A stretch of DNA of 64,000 bases from Caecitellus pseudoparvulus. Lineage: Eukaryota > Protista > Bigyra: Bicosoecida. The translations under genes were made by a program, and so were the position numbers. A model generated the notes under the pieces. The model saw only the letters and a list, made by a program, of their open reading frames with translations, was not told where the DNA came from and did not search any database. This document shows positions 32,555-43,995 of the stretch, in pieces (within the stretch, counting starts at the first letter, position 1; the number at the start of each line of letters is the position of its first letter). Location: positions 806,001 through 870,000 of the forward strand of contig CBFFRQ010000068.1 in assembly GCA_965644315.1 (NCBI GenBank), given 5' to 3'.

Positions 32555-34938
32555 TCACTGGCAAGCATCCACGAAGGGCGTCGCGTCCTCCAGCGTGTGC
32601 ACGGCCTCCTCGTACACCGCACTGGCTTTGTGTAGGTCCCCTGAGCCCCGAAGCCACATAACAAATGCACGCCACAGGTGCCAATCAGCCTCTCCATGCT
32701 CCCGCACTGCAGCAGTGAACAGCGCCAGCGTGCCCTCAGACACCACGTCGCTGTCCAGCTGGCTTGCCTGTTCAGCCAGCTGGATGAGGTGCTTGAACAC
32801 ATGGCTGCTTGCGCCCCCCTGCACCAGCACGGGCACCAACAGCAGCAACACCTCAGCACCCTCTGCACCGTGCAGCCACGTGGCAAACTGCAACTGAAGC
32901 TGCTGTCTGTCCTCCCGAGCGCACAGCCGTAAACAGTGCAAGAACAGCTGGCAGACTGCGGTGAGGTGGGCTGGGCAGGCAGCAGGGACGCCTGTGACAG
33001 CCTCTGCGCTGGAACGTCCCGGCAAAGACCCTGACACGTCGCTGAACGTTGCGACAGTCGCATGCAGGGGTGACCCGGGGGCAACCTGTCCCAGCGTCAC
33101 AGCAGCACAGCCGGTGTGCACAGCTGCTGTGAGGAGTGAGATGTCCCCCCCTGTCGCGACGGCACCCCGCAGGTGGACAGCCAGGGGGCAAGGGTGGTCC
33201 ACAACACTCGGCACAACCCCCTCGTCGTCTTGAACACTGGCGTACTGCTCCAGAGTGTCTGCGTACACAAGCCAGGCTTGGGGGTCAGAGGCACAGGCAG
33301 CTCCACTTTGGGCAACACGTGCGGCTGCTTCGAGCGCCGAGGAATGCTGTCCCTGGGACTGCAGCACAGCCACCCGCATGCTCTGTGTCAAGCCACTGTC
33401 CATACCCGCTGCCGACGCAGCTGCTGTTGTGGACAGCACGGCCGTCGCGTGTTGCTCGGGGGACAGGACGCCCCGCGTGCGTTGGTTGTGGAGGAGGCGG
33501 CAAGTTTCCGCAAACATGCCTGTGGAGGGCGCCGCCGCACACGCCTTGTGCATGACGGCCTGGGCAGCGGCTGCCGCTTCCTGGTGCTGAGACGAGAGGC
33601 TGGGAGTCGCAGCGGCGGAGGCGGCAGCGGCCCAGGCGGCCACGTGGTCTGCCGGGCTGACGTGCTTACGGCGTCGGCGGGGCGTGCCGGCAGCTTCGTC
33701 CACCGCGGAAGGGCAGGTCAAGTCGGCATCCCCACGCATCGCGCTGCCTGCAGTGGCCACCACTGCCATGCCGTGCAGGTCCAGACCCTGCTGGGCCTCT
33801 GCGCCCTGGCCAGGGGGGGGCACCGGCGCCCCTGGCGCAGCCGCGCTCTCTGCAGCCTGCGCCACCACCCTCCAGGCAGCAGGCTCGGTGGGGAAGTCCT
33901 GCATGAGGCTGAGCAGGATGTGTCGGTGCAGAGCAGGGAAGAGCAAGCCTCGCACGACAGCGGGGGGGGGCGTGTCCTCCTCAGCCTCGGCGGCCTGCGC
34001 CGCTCGCGCCGCCTCCTCCCCAGCCTCCTCCACCATGGCCTGAGCCAAGGCCTGGAGCTGCTGCAAGAACTGCCCCCGGAAGGAAGCATCGTGGGGGATG
34101 GCCTCCACGGCCCTGTCAAACACCACCTGAGGCACTGCACCTGCCATGAAGGCAGCCCTGTGCGCAGCCTGGCCGTCTGCTGATGTGTCCTCGGGGAGCC
34201 CCAGCACCATGCGCCTGGCCCGCACACGCAGGACATACAAGCACTCCAGCTTGAAGTATGCCAGCCAGAGCTGCGAGGAAGCGCCGTTCACGCGCAAAGC
34301 CCGCTGCAGGAACATGCGAGCTTCGCTGATGTTGCCCTCGCTGTCGAAAGCCCATGCGGCCGCTTGGAGCCACAGCTCGACGCAGCGAGGAAGCAGCTGC
34401 AAGGCCCTGCAAAGGTGTGTGGCGAAGGCGGGTGGCGTGCCGCGGGGCAGGCAGGGGCGAAGCGGGGTGCCACGCACTTGGGGAATATCTTGCCCAGCGC
34501 CTTGGTGCTGCCTGTGCGCAGCGAAAAGTCAACCCACTGCAGCCACAGAGCAGGGTCCGACTTGAAACGACGCAGGGCCCGGTCGAAGATGAGGTGCACG
34601 CGGCGAGGCCCGGCGTGGTCAGACTTCAAGGACGCTTTGATGCTCAGCCGTGCCTTGCGCTTGAGGCGCAGCGCGTCCAAGTTCAGCTCGTAGGCAATGT
34701 ACCGGAGGTAGTCAGCCTTCTCAGGTGCTCGACGAACCAGGAGGTATTCAAAGGCCCGGCGCTTGTTCACGATGGCCTTGATTTCCTCCTGCAAAGGTCC
34801 GGGGCAAGCACGTCGCTCGTCGCGGAACTTGGGGCCAGCCGAACAGGTTCCACGTACTGCAGTGAAGATGCCCACTTCCTGCTGCTCCTCGAGGTCAGGG
34901 ATCATGCGCTCCAAGAGCGGCTGTACTTTGTCTGCCAT
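32555..34938 (-). CDS. UTP6: U3 snoRNA-associated protein 6 (HAT repeats)
   Basis: Exons 34938-34858, 34788-34478 and 34406-32555. MADKVQPLLERMIPDLEE, EEIKAIVNKRRAFEY, DYLRYIAYELNL, LWLQAAAWAF and ARMFLQRALR. Confidence 0.92.
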
Positions 34939-35330
34939 GGCGTCGTCTGGTTGTTTGGGAGTTCTGCGATTTCGGTGTGGAAAACGTCTCCAGCGGGGGG
35001 CTGGTTGCGGAAATTGCTACAAGCCCAGCAGAAGCCGCGCCGCTGCGCTGGCCAGGGAAAAGGCGGACAAGCGGGCAGCATGGAAAGGGGCCACAGGCAT
35101 GCTTCAAGGCGGAGCGGGCTGGTTTTGTTTGTGCCGGCGTGTTGCATCCCATGGGCCTGCCGAGCTCGTGTCCTTGCCATGGCGCAGGCCACGGCACTTT
35201 GCATCCAAGTCAAGGCGGTCCTAACGGAAACAATGCATTCAAAGGAACAAAACAATCCTACTGTTCATAAGCTAGCTTGGGGGAGCCATTCGGCAGGTCG
35301 CCAGCTCCTGCCGTGAGGGGCTCCAAACAG

Positions 35331-36299
35331 CTACTGCGACGGCGGCATGACGAGGGTGCCTCCAACCTTCTGTCGCAATGCTGCCAGCTGAGTCATGTCC
35401 AGCGCCTCCTCAGGCGCAGCGATTTTGGAGAGGAGCTGGGTTAGCCCCGTCAAAGCTGCGCCACAAGCGGCTGGGCACGTCAGCCACACCGGCACCCTCT
35501 GCGCAGTCTGCAGAGCTGCGTCAAGCTTGCCTTGCATGCCTCCCGTCACATCTCCTTGCACTGGTGCACACGCAATGCTCGAGAGGGGCACCGTATCACC
35601 CCCCTCCAGCCAAGCCACAGCGTCCTCAGCGTCGCGTGACGCACCACACCGCACGTGCTGCACCAAGCGTGGAGCGGGCTGGCCAGCTGCAGGGGCTTCT
35701 TCGTCAGGAACTGCTGTGTACACGCCCGCGACGCTGCTGACGAAGACAGCTGCAGCGGTGCTGGGGAGGCACTGTGTGAGCTGGGGCACGACTGTGTCCC
35801 CGCTCAGCACTGTGCAAGTGCGAGCCTCGGTGGCGTCCAAAACGACATCCCCATGCAGCACAGGGACAAGTCCCGCGTGCAGCAGCTGCTGCACGACAGC
35901 GCTGCCGTGCTGCTGTACGGCGCCCACGCCGGCAGTGACCCACGCCGGCAAGAGCGGCACGCCAACAGCTGGGACGCCTGCGTCAACCAGCTGCCGCACG
36001 ACTTCTGCATTCAGCTTTGTCACTGCGGCCCGGGTCTGTGCAATGCCCAAAGCAAGGGCGGCTGAGGGCAGTGCGGGGCTCTGAAGCTTGTGCTCAGTGG
36101 CTTCGTGGTGCCCGAAGGAGCCGGCGCCGTGCACCACGATGAGGGCAAGTCCGGCGTCGTGAGCTCTTGCCAAGGCGTCCACACACGCTGACAGAGCCGC
36201 GGAGTTGACTTTTCCTTGCTGAGTCTTGTGTGTGATGGCAGAGCCCCCCAGCTTCACGATGACTGGCATGCGGGGAGGGCTGCTGGCTGTGGCAGCCAT
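35331..36299 (-). CDS. IPK: Isopentenyl phosphate kinase (amino-acid kinase fold)
   Basis: VKLGGSAITHK, VVHGAGSFGH (IPK signature His), PVLHGDVVLD, LSGD and DVTGGMQGKL. Confidence 0.85.
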   Translation of the reverse strand: MAATASSPPRMPVIVKLGGSAITHKTQQGKVNSAALSACVDALARAHDAGLALIVVHGAGSFGHHEATEHKLQSPALPSAALALGIAQTRAAVTKLNAEVVRQLVDAGVPAVGVPLLPAWVTAGVGAVQQHGSAVVQQLLHAGLVPVLHGDVVLDATEARTCTVLSGDTVVPQLTQCLPSTAAAVFVSSVAGVYTAVPDEEAPAAGQPAPRLVQHVRCGASRDAEDAVAWLEGGDTVPLSSIACAPVQGDVTGGMQGKLDAALQTAQRVPVWLTCPAACGAALTGLTQLLSKIAAPEEALDMTQLAALRQKVGGTLVMPPSQ

Positions 36300-36586
36300 A
36301 TGTGCGAAGAGCCAATTTCCGCAGGTACCTCGCGGTGCTCAGGGTCTCATGAAATCTCGAAGCAGCCCCAGAACTTGAGGCAACTTCCAGCAGAAATGTG
36401 TTTGCTTTGCTCGTGCAGTTTTTTACGCAGCTTGAGCCCGGCCCTGCGGGAGGACTGGCTGCGCTGGCACACCTCATCTTTGCATCATTCACGCACCGGA
36501 TATTTGCGCCGCCCACCCGCTTTCCGCTTGTGAAGCGCCACTCCAGGCACTTTCTGACTGATACATCCACGCACAAGAACTTTGAG

Positions 36587-36998
36587 GTACGTCATTCTCG
36601 TTGTGGTTGCCTGTAGTCGGCATGGTGCACCGCGGCGGTGTTTGTTTAGGGGCTGTAGCTGGATCTGGCAGGCAGCTGGACTGCAGACTGGCTGTGTACG
36701 GGGCTGGGGGGCTGGTGCTTGGGGTTCCATTTGCGCTCCTTTTGGCAGTTGCTGTGTCTTAGCTTGCCTGTCATGTTGCATTGCCGACTGTGGCTCAGTG
36801 GCCGTGTGCTGGGGCGGGCGTGGCCCCTTCGTCTGCTGGCACTGGCCCAAGTTCCGCACGCCTGCTCCGATCTGTCGAGCGTGTGGACTGAGGGGGCGCA
36901 CGGTGCCCTGTGCAACCCCTCCACGAGCTGTCATCTGCCCTTCCTTTGCTCCACTGCCCGCACTGCCTTCACTGCTGCACTCCGCCTCCCCTGCTCAG
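36587..36998 (+). other. Probable 412-nt 5'-UTR intron of RPL23
   Basis: GAG|GTACGT donor; pyrimidine tract and CTCAG acceptor 60 nt upstream of the RPL23 ATG. Confidence 0.55.
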
Positions 36999-37058
36999 GT
37001 GCTCCGCCGTTCAGGGCATCTGTTGTGGTTCAGCACAAAACCAGCTCACACATTCACC

Positions 37059-37481
37059 ATGTCCAAGCGAGGCCGCGGTGGTGCCCAGGGCTCCAAGCTG
37101 CGCATGTCTCTTGGCCTGCCCGTCGGCGCTGTCATCAACTGCGCTGACAACTCTGGTGCCAAGAACCTGTTCATCATGGCAGTCACTGGCATCGGCGCCC
37201 GCCTGAACCGCCTGCCCGCCGCCTCCTCTGGCGACCTCGTCTTGGCCACCGTCAAGAAGGGCAAGCCTGAGCTGCGCAAGCGCGTGCACCCTGCTGTCGT
37301 CGTGCGCACCCGCAAGTCCTTCCGTCGTCGCGACGGCACCTTCACCTACTTCGAGGACAACGCTGGTGTCATCGTGAACCCCAAGGGAGAGATGAAGGGC
37401 AGTGCCATCACCGGCCCAGTGTGCAAGGAGTGCGCTGACATGTGGCCCCGTATTGCCGGTGCCGCTGGCTCCATCTTGTAA
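37059..37481 (+). CDS. RPL23: 60S ribosomal protein L23 (uL14)
   Basis: MSKRGRGG...[21 protein letters not shown]...[24 protein letters not shown]; 140 aa. Confidence 0.98.
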   Translation: MSKRGRGGAQGSKLRMSLGLPVGAVINCADNSGAKNLFIMAVTGIGARLNRLPAASSGDLVLATVKKGKPELRKRVHPAVVVRTRKSFRRRDGTFTYFEDNAGVIVNPKGEMKGSAITGPVCKECADMWPRIAGAAGSIL

Positions 37482-37663
37482 GCTCGTCGGTGTCTCGGTG
37501 GAGCTGCGTTGAGGAATCTGGGTTGGGGCGGTTGGGGAAGCTGCGTGCGTGTGGGTGTGTAGCACGCTCGCGCACACGGTACAGTCACGGGCAGCTGTTC
37601 TGAATGCAGAAATGTTGCCCCTCGCAGCCCAGCTGGCATGCTGGCTTGCATTGCACGCGTAGC

Positions 37664-40280
37664 TCACTGTCTCCCGCTGCCTGGCAGCGGCGCCCCGGGT
37701 CGCGTCTGTGCGCGAGCGACAGCCAGGACGGCATGGGCGTCGGCGTTCCCGCGTGGCTCGCTTCGCTGCCGCCGCCCCCGTGCTGCCTGAGCGAGTCGCC
37801 TGCCTCGCGCGGCGCCTTCCGGGTCTTGCCCAGAGTGTGTGCCAGGGTGGGGGATGAACGCGCAGGCGGGCGGGGCAGCGCCGCCTCCCGCCGCCAGCGA
37901 CACACCCCCCGCCCGCACCACACCCCTGCTGCTGGGCACGACACTGCCGCCCCGGGCCTTGTACCGAGCCACAGGCAAGATGTCTTCGACTCCCAGGTCT
38001 GTGGCTGCAGCCCCATGAGGCGTCTTTGAGTTGGTGGCTGCTTGCCAGCGCAGGGTGAGGGAGGGCCGGGTCGCGCTGGGCGCCGCACCTCCCCACGCTG
38101 CGCTGGCCGCGTCGTACTGCGGAGATGCCGACACTGGTCTTGGTTGATTGCGCGAGGCGAGGCGGGAGGTGAGGTTGGGGATGCTGCTGCTGTGGGCCTG
38201 CCGTTCCTCTGGCCCTCCTGGTGGTGGTGCGGGTTGCACCCGGCTGGCAGGGACGCCGCCCCCGTGCCAGCCGGCACACAGCACGCTCTCCGCTGCGACG
38301 CGAAGGAGTGCAGCAAGGTCCTCGTCGTGGACCAAGGGCTCCTTCGCTGTGTTCCGAATGAGGCGCCTGATCGCCTGCACGGCAGCGGGCTGCGTGGAGG
38401 GGGGCTGCAGGCGGCTGCGGCTGGGAAGATCCCCCAGCGCCTCTGGGCGCCTGGCGTGCCAGAGCATGCCCCCCACCACTCGCCCATCCTTGACGTAGAA
38501 CACCAAACCATGGTGCAGTCCGCCAAAGGCGGCCTTGTTCCGCCACACGCCACGGGGCAGCGCAGTGCGCCGCCCGTCCTTCCCCCACTTCTCCCCAGGC
38601 AGCCACAAGCCGTAGCTTTCAAGCGCAGCGTCTACCTGCCCCACACACGTCGCCGTGACGCCAAGCCCAGGCAGAGTGTGTTGCTCAGCGGGAAGGTGGG
38701 AGTACCTCAGGCGCCCTCCCGCGGCATTCAGCCCGGCCACCAGTCCGGTGAGCACTGCCCCGGACAACGCCTGGCTACGGTGGCGCCCCACGAGGTGGTG
38801 TGGGAGGCTTGCCGCGTCCCCTGCGACGAAAATGCCCGAGCCCCCCGCCAGCTCGGCGTTCACGGAGATTCCGCCCGCCTGGCAGTCCACCTCGAGGCTG
38901 TGCTGCCCCCCCCCCGACAGGATGTGGGTGGCAGCAGGCAGACGGGTGGGGGCCAGCAGCAACACGTCCGTCGCGTAGGTGGTGGTGCGCAGGCTATCGT
39001 AGGTGGTGCTGGTGTGCAGCTCCAGCATGGCACCGCCGTCCAGGCGCCGCCGTCGCCGGCTGCCGCTGCCATGCCGCCCCGCCCCCGACCCAGCCACGTC
39101 AGCTAGAGAGGCATACTGCAGGGAGGTGTAGGGGGTGCAGTCAACGCCAGCCCTGTACAGGTGCTTGGCAACTTGCTGCTGCAGGTACTTTGGACAGACG
39201 CTGGCCAGAGGGCCGCTGCCACCCATGAGCAGCAGTACCTGGGCTCCGCTGGCTCCATCGCCGGCTGGCAGGTGGCGGGCAGGGCCGCTCGGGTTGGTGG
39301 GGGTTCCTGACCGAGCCTCCACTGCGGCACGGCTTCGGCGCCGCCGGCGAAGTGCAGGGTGGCTCAGACTCGTGGCCAAGGCAATGGCATCCCACTCGCC
39401 GCCCAGAACTGTGACGTGTGCGTCGGGCCGGGACAGCTCCTGGCGCACCGCCTGCAAGTGCTGCTCTTCCCGGCTGCTCAGCACGAGGTGAGCGGCGTCT
39501 GGAGACACGAGTGAGCTGTGCACTAATGGCAAGGACAAGTGACTGCCGGGGGCCAAGATGCATGTTTGGAATGGAACGCGCTGGCCTCCCTCCAGCTGCA
39601 GCGTGTTGCCTGTTTGATCTAGACTCACGGCTGAAGTGCCGTGCGCAACGCAGGAAGTCAAGCTGCCGACGGAGCGGCAAGCAGTGCCTGGTGGCAAGCC
39701 GGGGGGCGTCGCCACTGGGAGCGAAGGCCAAGAATGTCCCAACAGGGAGGCAGGGTCAGGCAAGGCCCCCGCTTCGGGCATGGAGGGCAGGAAGCCCTGC
39801 ACTGGGAGTGCGTCAGGGAGCAGTGGCGGGGCGGCGAGCTGGGGTGGCGCATCTCTGGCGAGCTGCAGCAGCAGGCGGGGTTCTGTGCAGTGCTGCTGTG
39901 CGTGAAGCCACTCAATGGCCTTCACCGCGCTGTTTCCAGCGGCGCCCGCCCCCAGGACAACGTGGTGCACCTGCGAAATGCGCTTGACAGCAACAGTGAC
40001 GTCAATCTACCCAGGATGGGGACAGGTGCACACAACGATACAAGACTAGTGTAAACCTGCACACGAGCACGGTACAATAAGTACACGTACGTTTCCATTT
40101 TCCCCTGCTTCATCCTGGGCCCGCAACGGACCAGGCCAGTGTGTGAGAACTGTGGCTGGCACGCCTGCGAAACGCCACGCAGCAGGCCTTGCAGCAACAC
40201 GCAGCGCTCTTGCGCGCAGCCGAAGCAGACTCACCGAGCGAGCAAGCTACATGCAACAAGCGACGGTGGCAGTGGGCCAT
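37664..40280 (-). CDS. Apoptosis-inducing factor (AIFM1)-like flavoprotein, divergent
   Basis: Predicted exons 40280-40235, 40164-40091 and 39970-37664. FAD motif VVLGAGAAG; LEVDCQAGGISVNAEL..IFVAGDAAS..VGR; TGLVAGLNAAG; GLVFYVKDGRVVGGMLW. Confidence 0.78.
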
Positions 40281-40477
40281 CAAAACGGGAGGTCGCTTGG
40301 CAAACACCAGCGATGCCTCGACAAGGTGCGGCTTGGGCGTTTCACTCCTTTCTCAAAGCGACACATGGGATTGGCTCGCAAACTGCATTCACCAGGCTCG
40401 GGACTATGTGCAGGGTAAATCAGCGAATACGGCATGGACATGGCCTGCACATTGTGGCCGCCTCCGGGCCCTGCGCC

Positions 40478-41895
40478 TCACCCATGCACATCGTCCCACT
40501 CCTCCAGCGCCATCTCTGGCGCACACACATCCAGGTTGTTCTGCAGCGCTTCCATCCACTCCGCCATCTCCTCGTCGTTGCTGGCCTGCACAATGTACTT
40601 GCGCGAGGGCGTGTTGATGTTGAAGCAGTGGGGCTTGGTGTAGCTGTCCTCCACCACCACCTCCGTGCCCTTCACCATGCGCACGACCCCCTTGGCCTTG
40701 CTCTTACTCAGGCCCTCCTTGGCGTAGTACCACACTGTGCGGCCCTCCAGCACGAAGAAGCGGTTGCGCCAGGGACGGAAGGTGCCGCCATGCTTGCGCA
40801 TCCAGCCCTCCACGCGCATGGGCTCGCCAAACTTGGTGGCAGCGGTGCCCACGATGCTTGCCCGGCGTGCGCCGGCCTGCGCTGCGGCAGCTGAGGCGAT
40901 GCTGTACGACTCGCCGCCTGCTCCGCCAGCTGCCGGCGTGGAGGAGGAGGTGAAGAAGCTGCCTTCCTCCCCCGCTTCGTCGTCTGTGTCGTCACTGTCC
41001 TCCACTGCGGGCTGGGGCGGGTTCAACAGCACCTCCTCCACATCGGTGAAGCCCTTCGCTCGCGCCCACACTAGGCCAGTGCGCTGAGACTGTGCAGGCA
41101 GCGAGCAGGGGCACGTGTGCAGCTGGGACCAGGCCAGTGCACAACACACAGGCAGCACGCACGTGGTCCTTGGCTCGGAAAGACGCGCCTGCCTCCAGAA
41201 GCGCCCGCACGCAGTCGGCGTGGCCCCACCGGCACGCTCGGATGAGGGGAGTCAAGCCATCCGCATTGACAGCCTCTTTGTTTGCCCCCAAGGCCAGCAA
41301 ACTCTCGATGCAAGCGCGCTGGCCGTACGCAGCAGCACGGTGCAGGGCGGTGTTGCCAGCCTGGGAAGGGGGCGCAGAGCGGCGCCTGAAGCCAGCGTTC
41401 GGTGCCGAGCAGGTGCGCCGCCTCACCTTCGTCGTCGCTTCCACCTCCAAGCCTCCCTCAACTTCGTGCACTAGTGAGATGGCTGCGGCCCTCCCTTCGG
41501 CAGCTGCCACGTGGATGCAGTTGCGGCCTCCCTGCACAGGAGTGGGCGTGCAGTGCAGACAGTGCTTTGATTCCGCACCATGCCGTGCTTCGGCTTCCCC
41601 GCCCCCAGCGCCAGAAGGCTCACCTCATCCACTTCCTCGGGGGAAGCCCCGCGCACCAGAATGGCTTTCACCGTCTCCATGTTTCCCTGCTCCACTGCCA
41701 GGCAGATGAGTGGGCGGCCCTCCTGTGGCGGTGACCAGTGCACGGCGGGGTGAGGCACCTGCCAAGGCTTCCTGCACGGCGCCTGGCACGCACGACATCT
41801 TTCAGACTGGCGTTGACACTGTTCACGAGCTGACATGCGACAGTTGCATTGCCCGCCTTGACGGCCTCAATCAGCGGCTCCGTTTGGCCTGCCAT
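40478..41895 (-). CDS. Ankyrin-repeat plus C-terminal PH-domain protein
   Basis: Five exons. Ankyrin motifs GNTALHRAA and GLTPLIRAC. PH domain VEGWMRKHGGTFRPWRNRFFVL...YIVQASNDEEMAEWMEAL. Confidence 0.88.
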
Positions 41896-42065
41896 GGCCC
41901 GGCGAGGAGGCTGGCGCTCGCGCTGGTCTCACGCAGCAGACGGTGCGTCCCTGGCCTGCCTGCGCCACAGCACGGTCGCCTCGGTGGGCCCCCTGCTTCA
42001 GTGCCGCATGTCCGGACTGCGCTGGGAAGGCATGCATGTGTGTGATTTGGCCGCTGCGACGCACT

Positions 42066-43847
42066 TCACTTGAAGAAGCGCGACAGTGCCGACCGCACTC
42101 CCGACTCGGCTGGGCGGCTGCCCTCCTTGGCCTCCTCCGCCGCGCGGGCAGCCTTCTCCTTGGACCGCGCCACCTCCTCGCGCCGCGCAGCCATGCGGTG
42201 CGTCAGGACGTTGGCCGACTTCTTCGCCGCCACGCGGCTGGCCTTGCTGCGCCCTCGCGTCTTCTTCTTGCGCTTGGCAGCCGGCGCGGCGGCGGCGGCG
42301 GCGGCAGCGTCAGCCGCCGCCTCCGCAGCCTTCACATCATCGCTGGCCCGATCCACCGCCACGATGGCAGAGGGGTCCATGGAGATCATGGACGGCGGCA
42401 GCTTGTCCAGCAGCGCCACCACCTCGCCTTCCTGCCGAGCCTTCTTGCCCTGGAACGGGTCTGCCGCCAGGCTGTCGTAGTTCGCCTCACCGGCGCCGGG
42501 GATGAGCAGGCTGGCGAAGCCGCCGCTGTGCCCCACGCCCAAGACGTCTTCGAATGGCCGCCAGGCACAGCGCTTGACGGAGGCGCCGGGCAGGCGGTGC
42601 GACATGTACGGTGCTTGGGCTGACCGCCGCACGGCATCCTTCCACACGGTGACCAGCCCCCCCCCGCCGACCGCCAAGAGGCCCTGCTGGGAGAAGTCCA
42701 GAGACGTCGCGGGGGTGGGGCTGGAGTATGTCTGCAGGGCCTTGTACGTGCGCAGGTCCCACAGGCGGACCCGGCCATCCACCCCCCCCGTCGCCATGGT
42801 CTGCCCATCCTGGCTGAAGGCGAGGGATGTCACGTGCCCTGGACCAGTCACCATCTTCACCAGCGGCTCGTTCACGTTGGGGCTCCACAGCGTCACGCAG
42901 CCATTGCCGTGCCCCGCGCCCACGATGGCGTTCCAGGGGTTCTGCCGCAGCACGGAGCAGGGGCCCAGCCCCGTGCGGTGCTGGGCGACGCACTCCCCCG
43001 TCGTCACATCCGTGTACCGCAGGAGGCCCTTCTCCCCGATGGAGGTGAGGAGGAAGTGGTAGGGCAGGAAGTCCAGGGCGCGGGGCGAGGAGTCCTTGCG
43101 CATGACGTGGATCTCCACCCCCGTGTGGTCGTAGATGTACGTGTACTTGTGCTGGGCCGCCGCGAACAGCGTCATGTTGTGCAGGAAGGTGACGTCGTGC
43201 ACGGCCTCCTCTGTGTGCAGCTCCGACACCAACTGCCGCCGGAGGGAGTCCACGATGGCCATGTGCCCGCCAGCACCCCCCAGCAGCAGGTATCGCCCGT
43301 TGCGCGTGTACCGCAGGGAGTACGGCGCGTGGTCTGGCAGGGACAGGGCGAAGGCCTGCCGAGCCGACGACACGTCCACTGCGTCCCGGATGGCAGCCTG
43401 CTTGAACTTGTGTGTGCGCTCGATGCCTTCCGCCTCCAAGTACCTGCGGGGGTGCGCGAGGTGCAGGGTCAGGGAAGGAGGGCAAGCCAGCACAGGCGCG
43501 CCTGGCTCACCCAGCAGTGCTGGGCAGCAGCAGCTCCGCGCGGGCAGCAGAGACGGCTGCACCCTTGGCATAGGCTTCAGCACGTTGCACTGTTCCCCGT
43601 GTTTTCTTATTCTTGATGCCCTGTGCCGGGTACAGCGGGGCGGAGGCCAGGGCTTCGTGGAGGAGCGTGTTCCCCAGGCTCGGACAAGCCGTCATACCTT
43701 CACTCGGTTGCCCTTGCCCCTGGCGTACTTCTGCACTGCCCCAGCCACGGCATGATCATCTCGCTTTGGCTGGTCCTCCTTGCGCTGGCGCTTGGTGCCG
43801 CGGCGAGCCCCTGTGCCAGACAAGGCGCCTTTCCCTGCATCAGCCAT
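42066..43847 (-). CDS. WDR46: WD repeat protein 46 / UTP7 (BING4)
   Basis: Exons 43847-43698, 43620-43511 and 43443-42066. YTRNGRYLLLGG, FLPYHFLL, QNPWNAIVGAGHGNGCVTLWSPN, and BING4CT LLIPGAGEANYD. Confidence 0.95.
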
Positions 43848-43995
43848 TGTGCTGGCCCAATTTCCGCACCTGGCCCTGACTTCACTCGTCAAAATGTCCA
43901 ACCAGGCTCATTGCGGGGAAGGGAACGAGTATGCTGGCAGCAAGTGTCGTGAGGCCTTGCGTTTTGGAGCACAGTCTACGGTTGTGCATTGCCCC

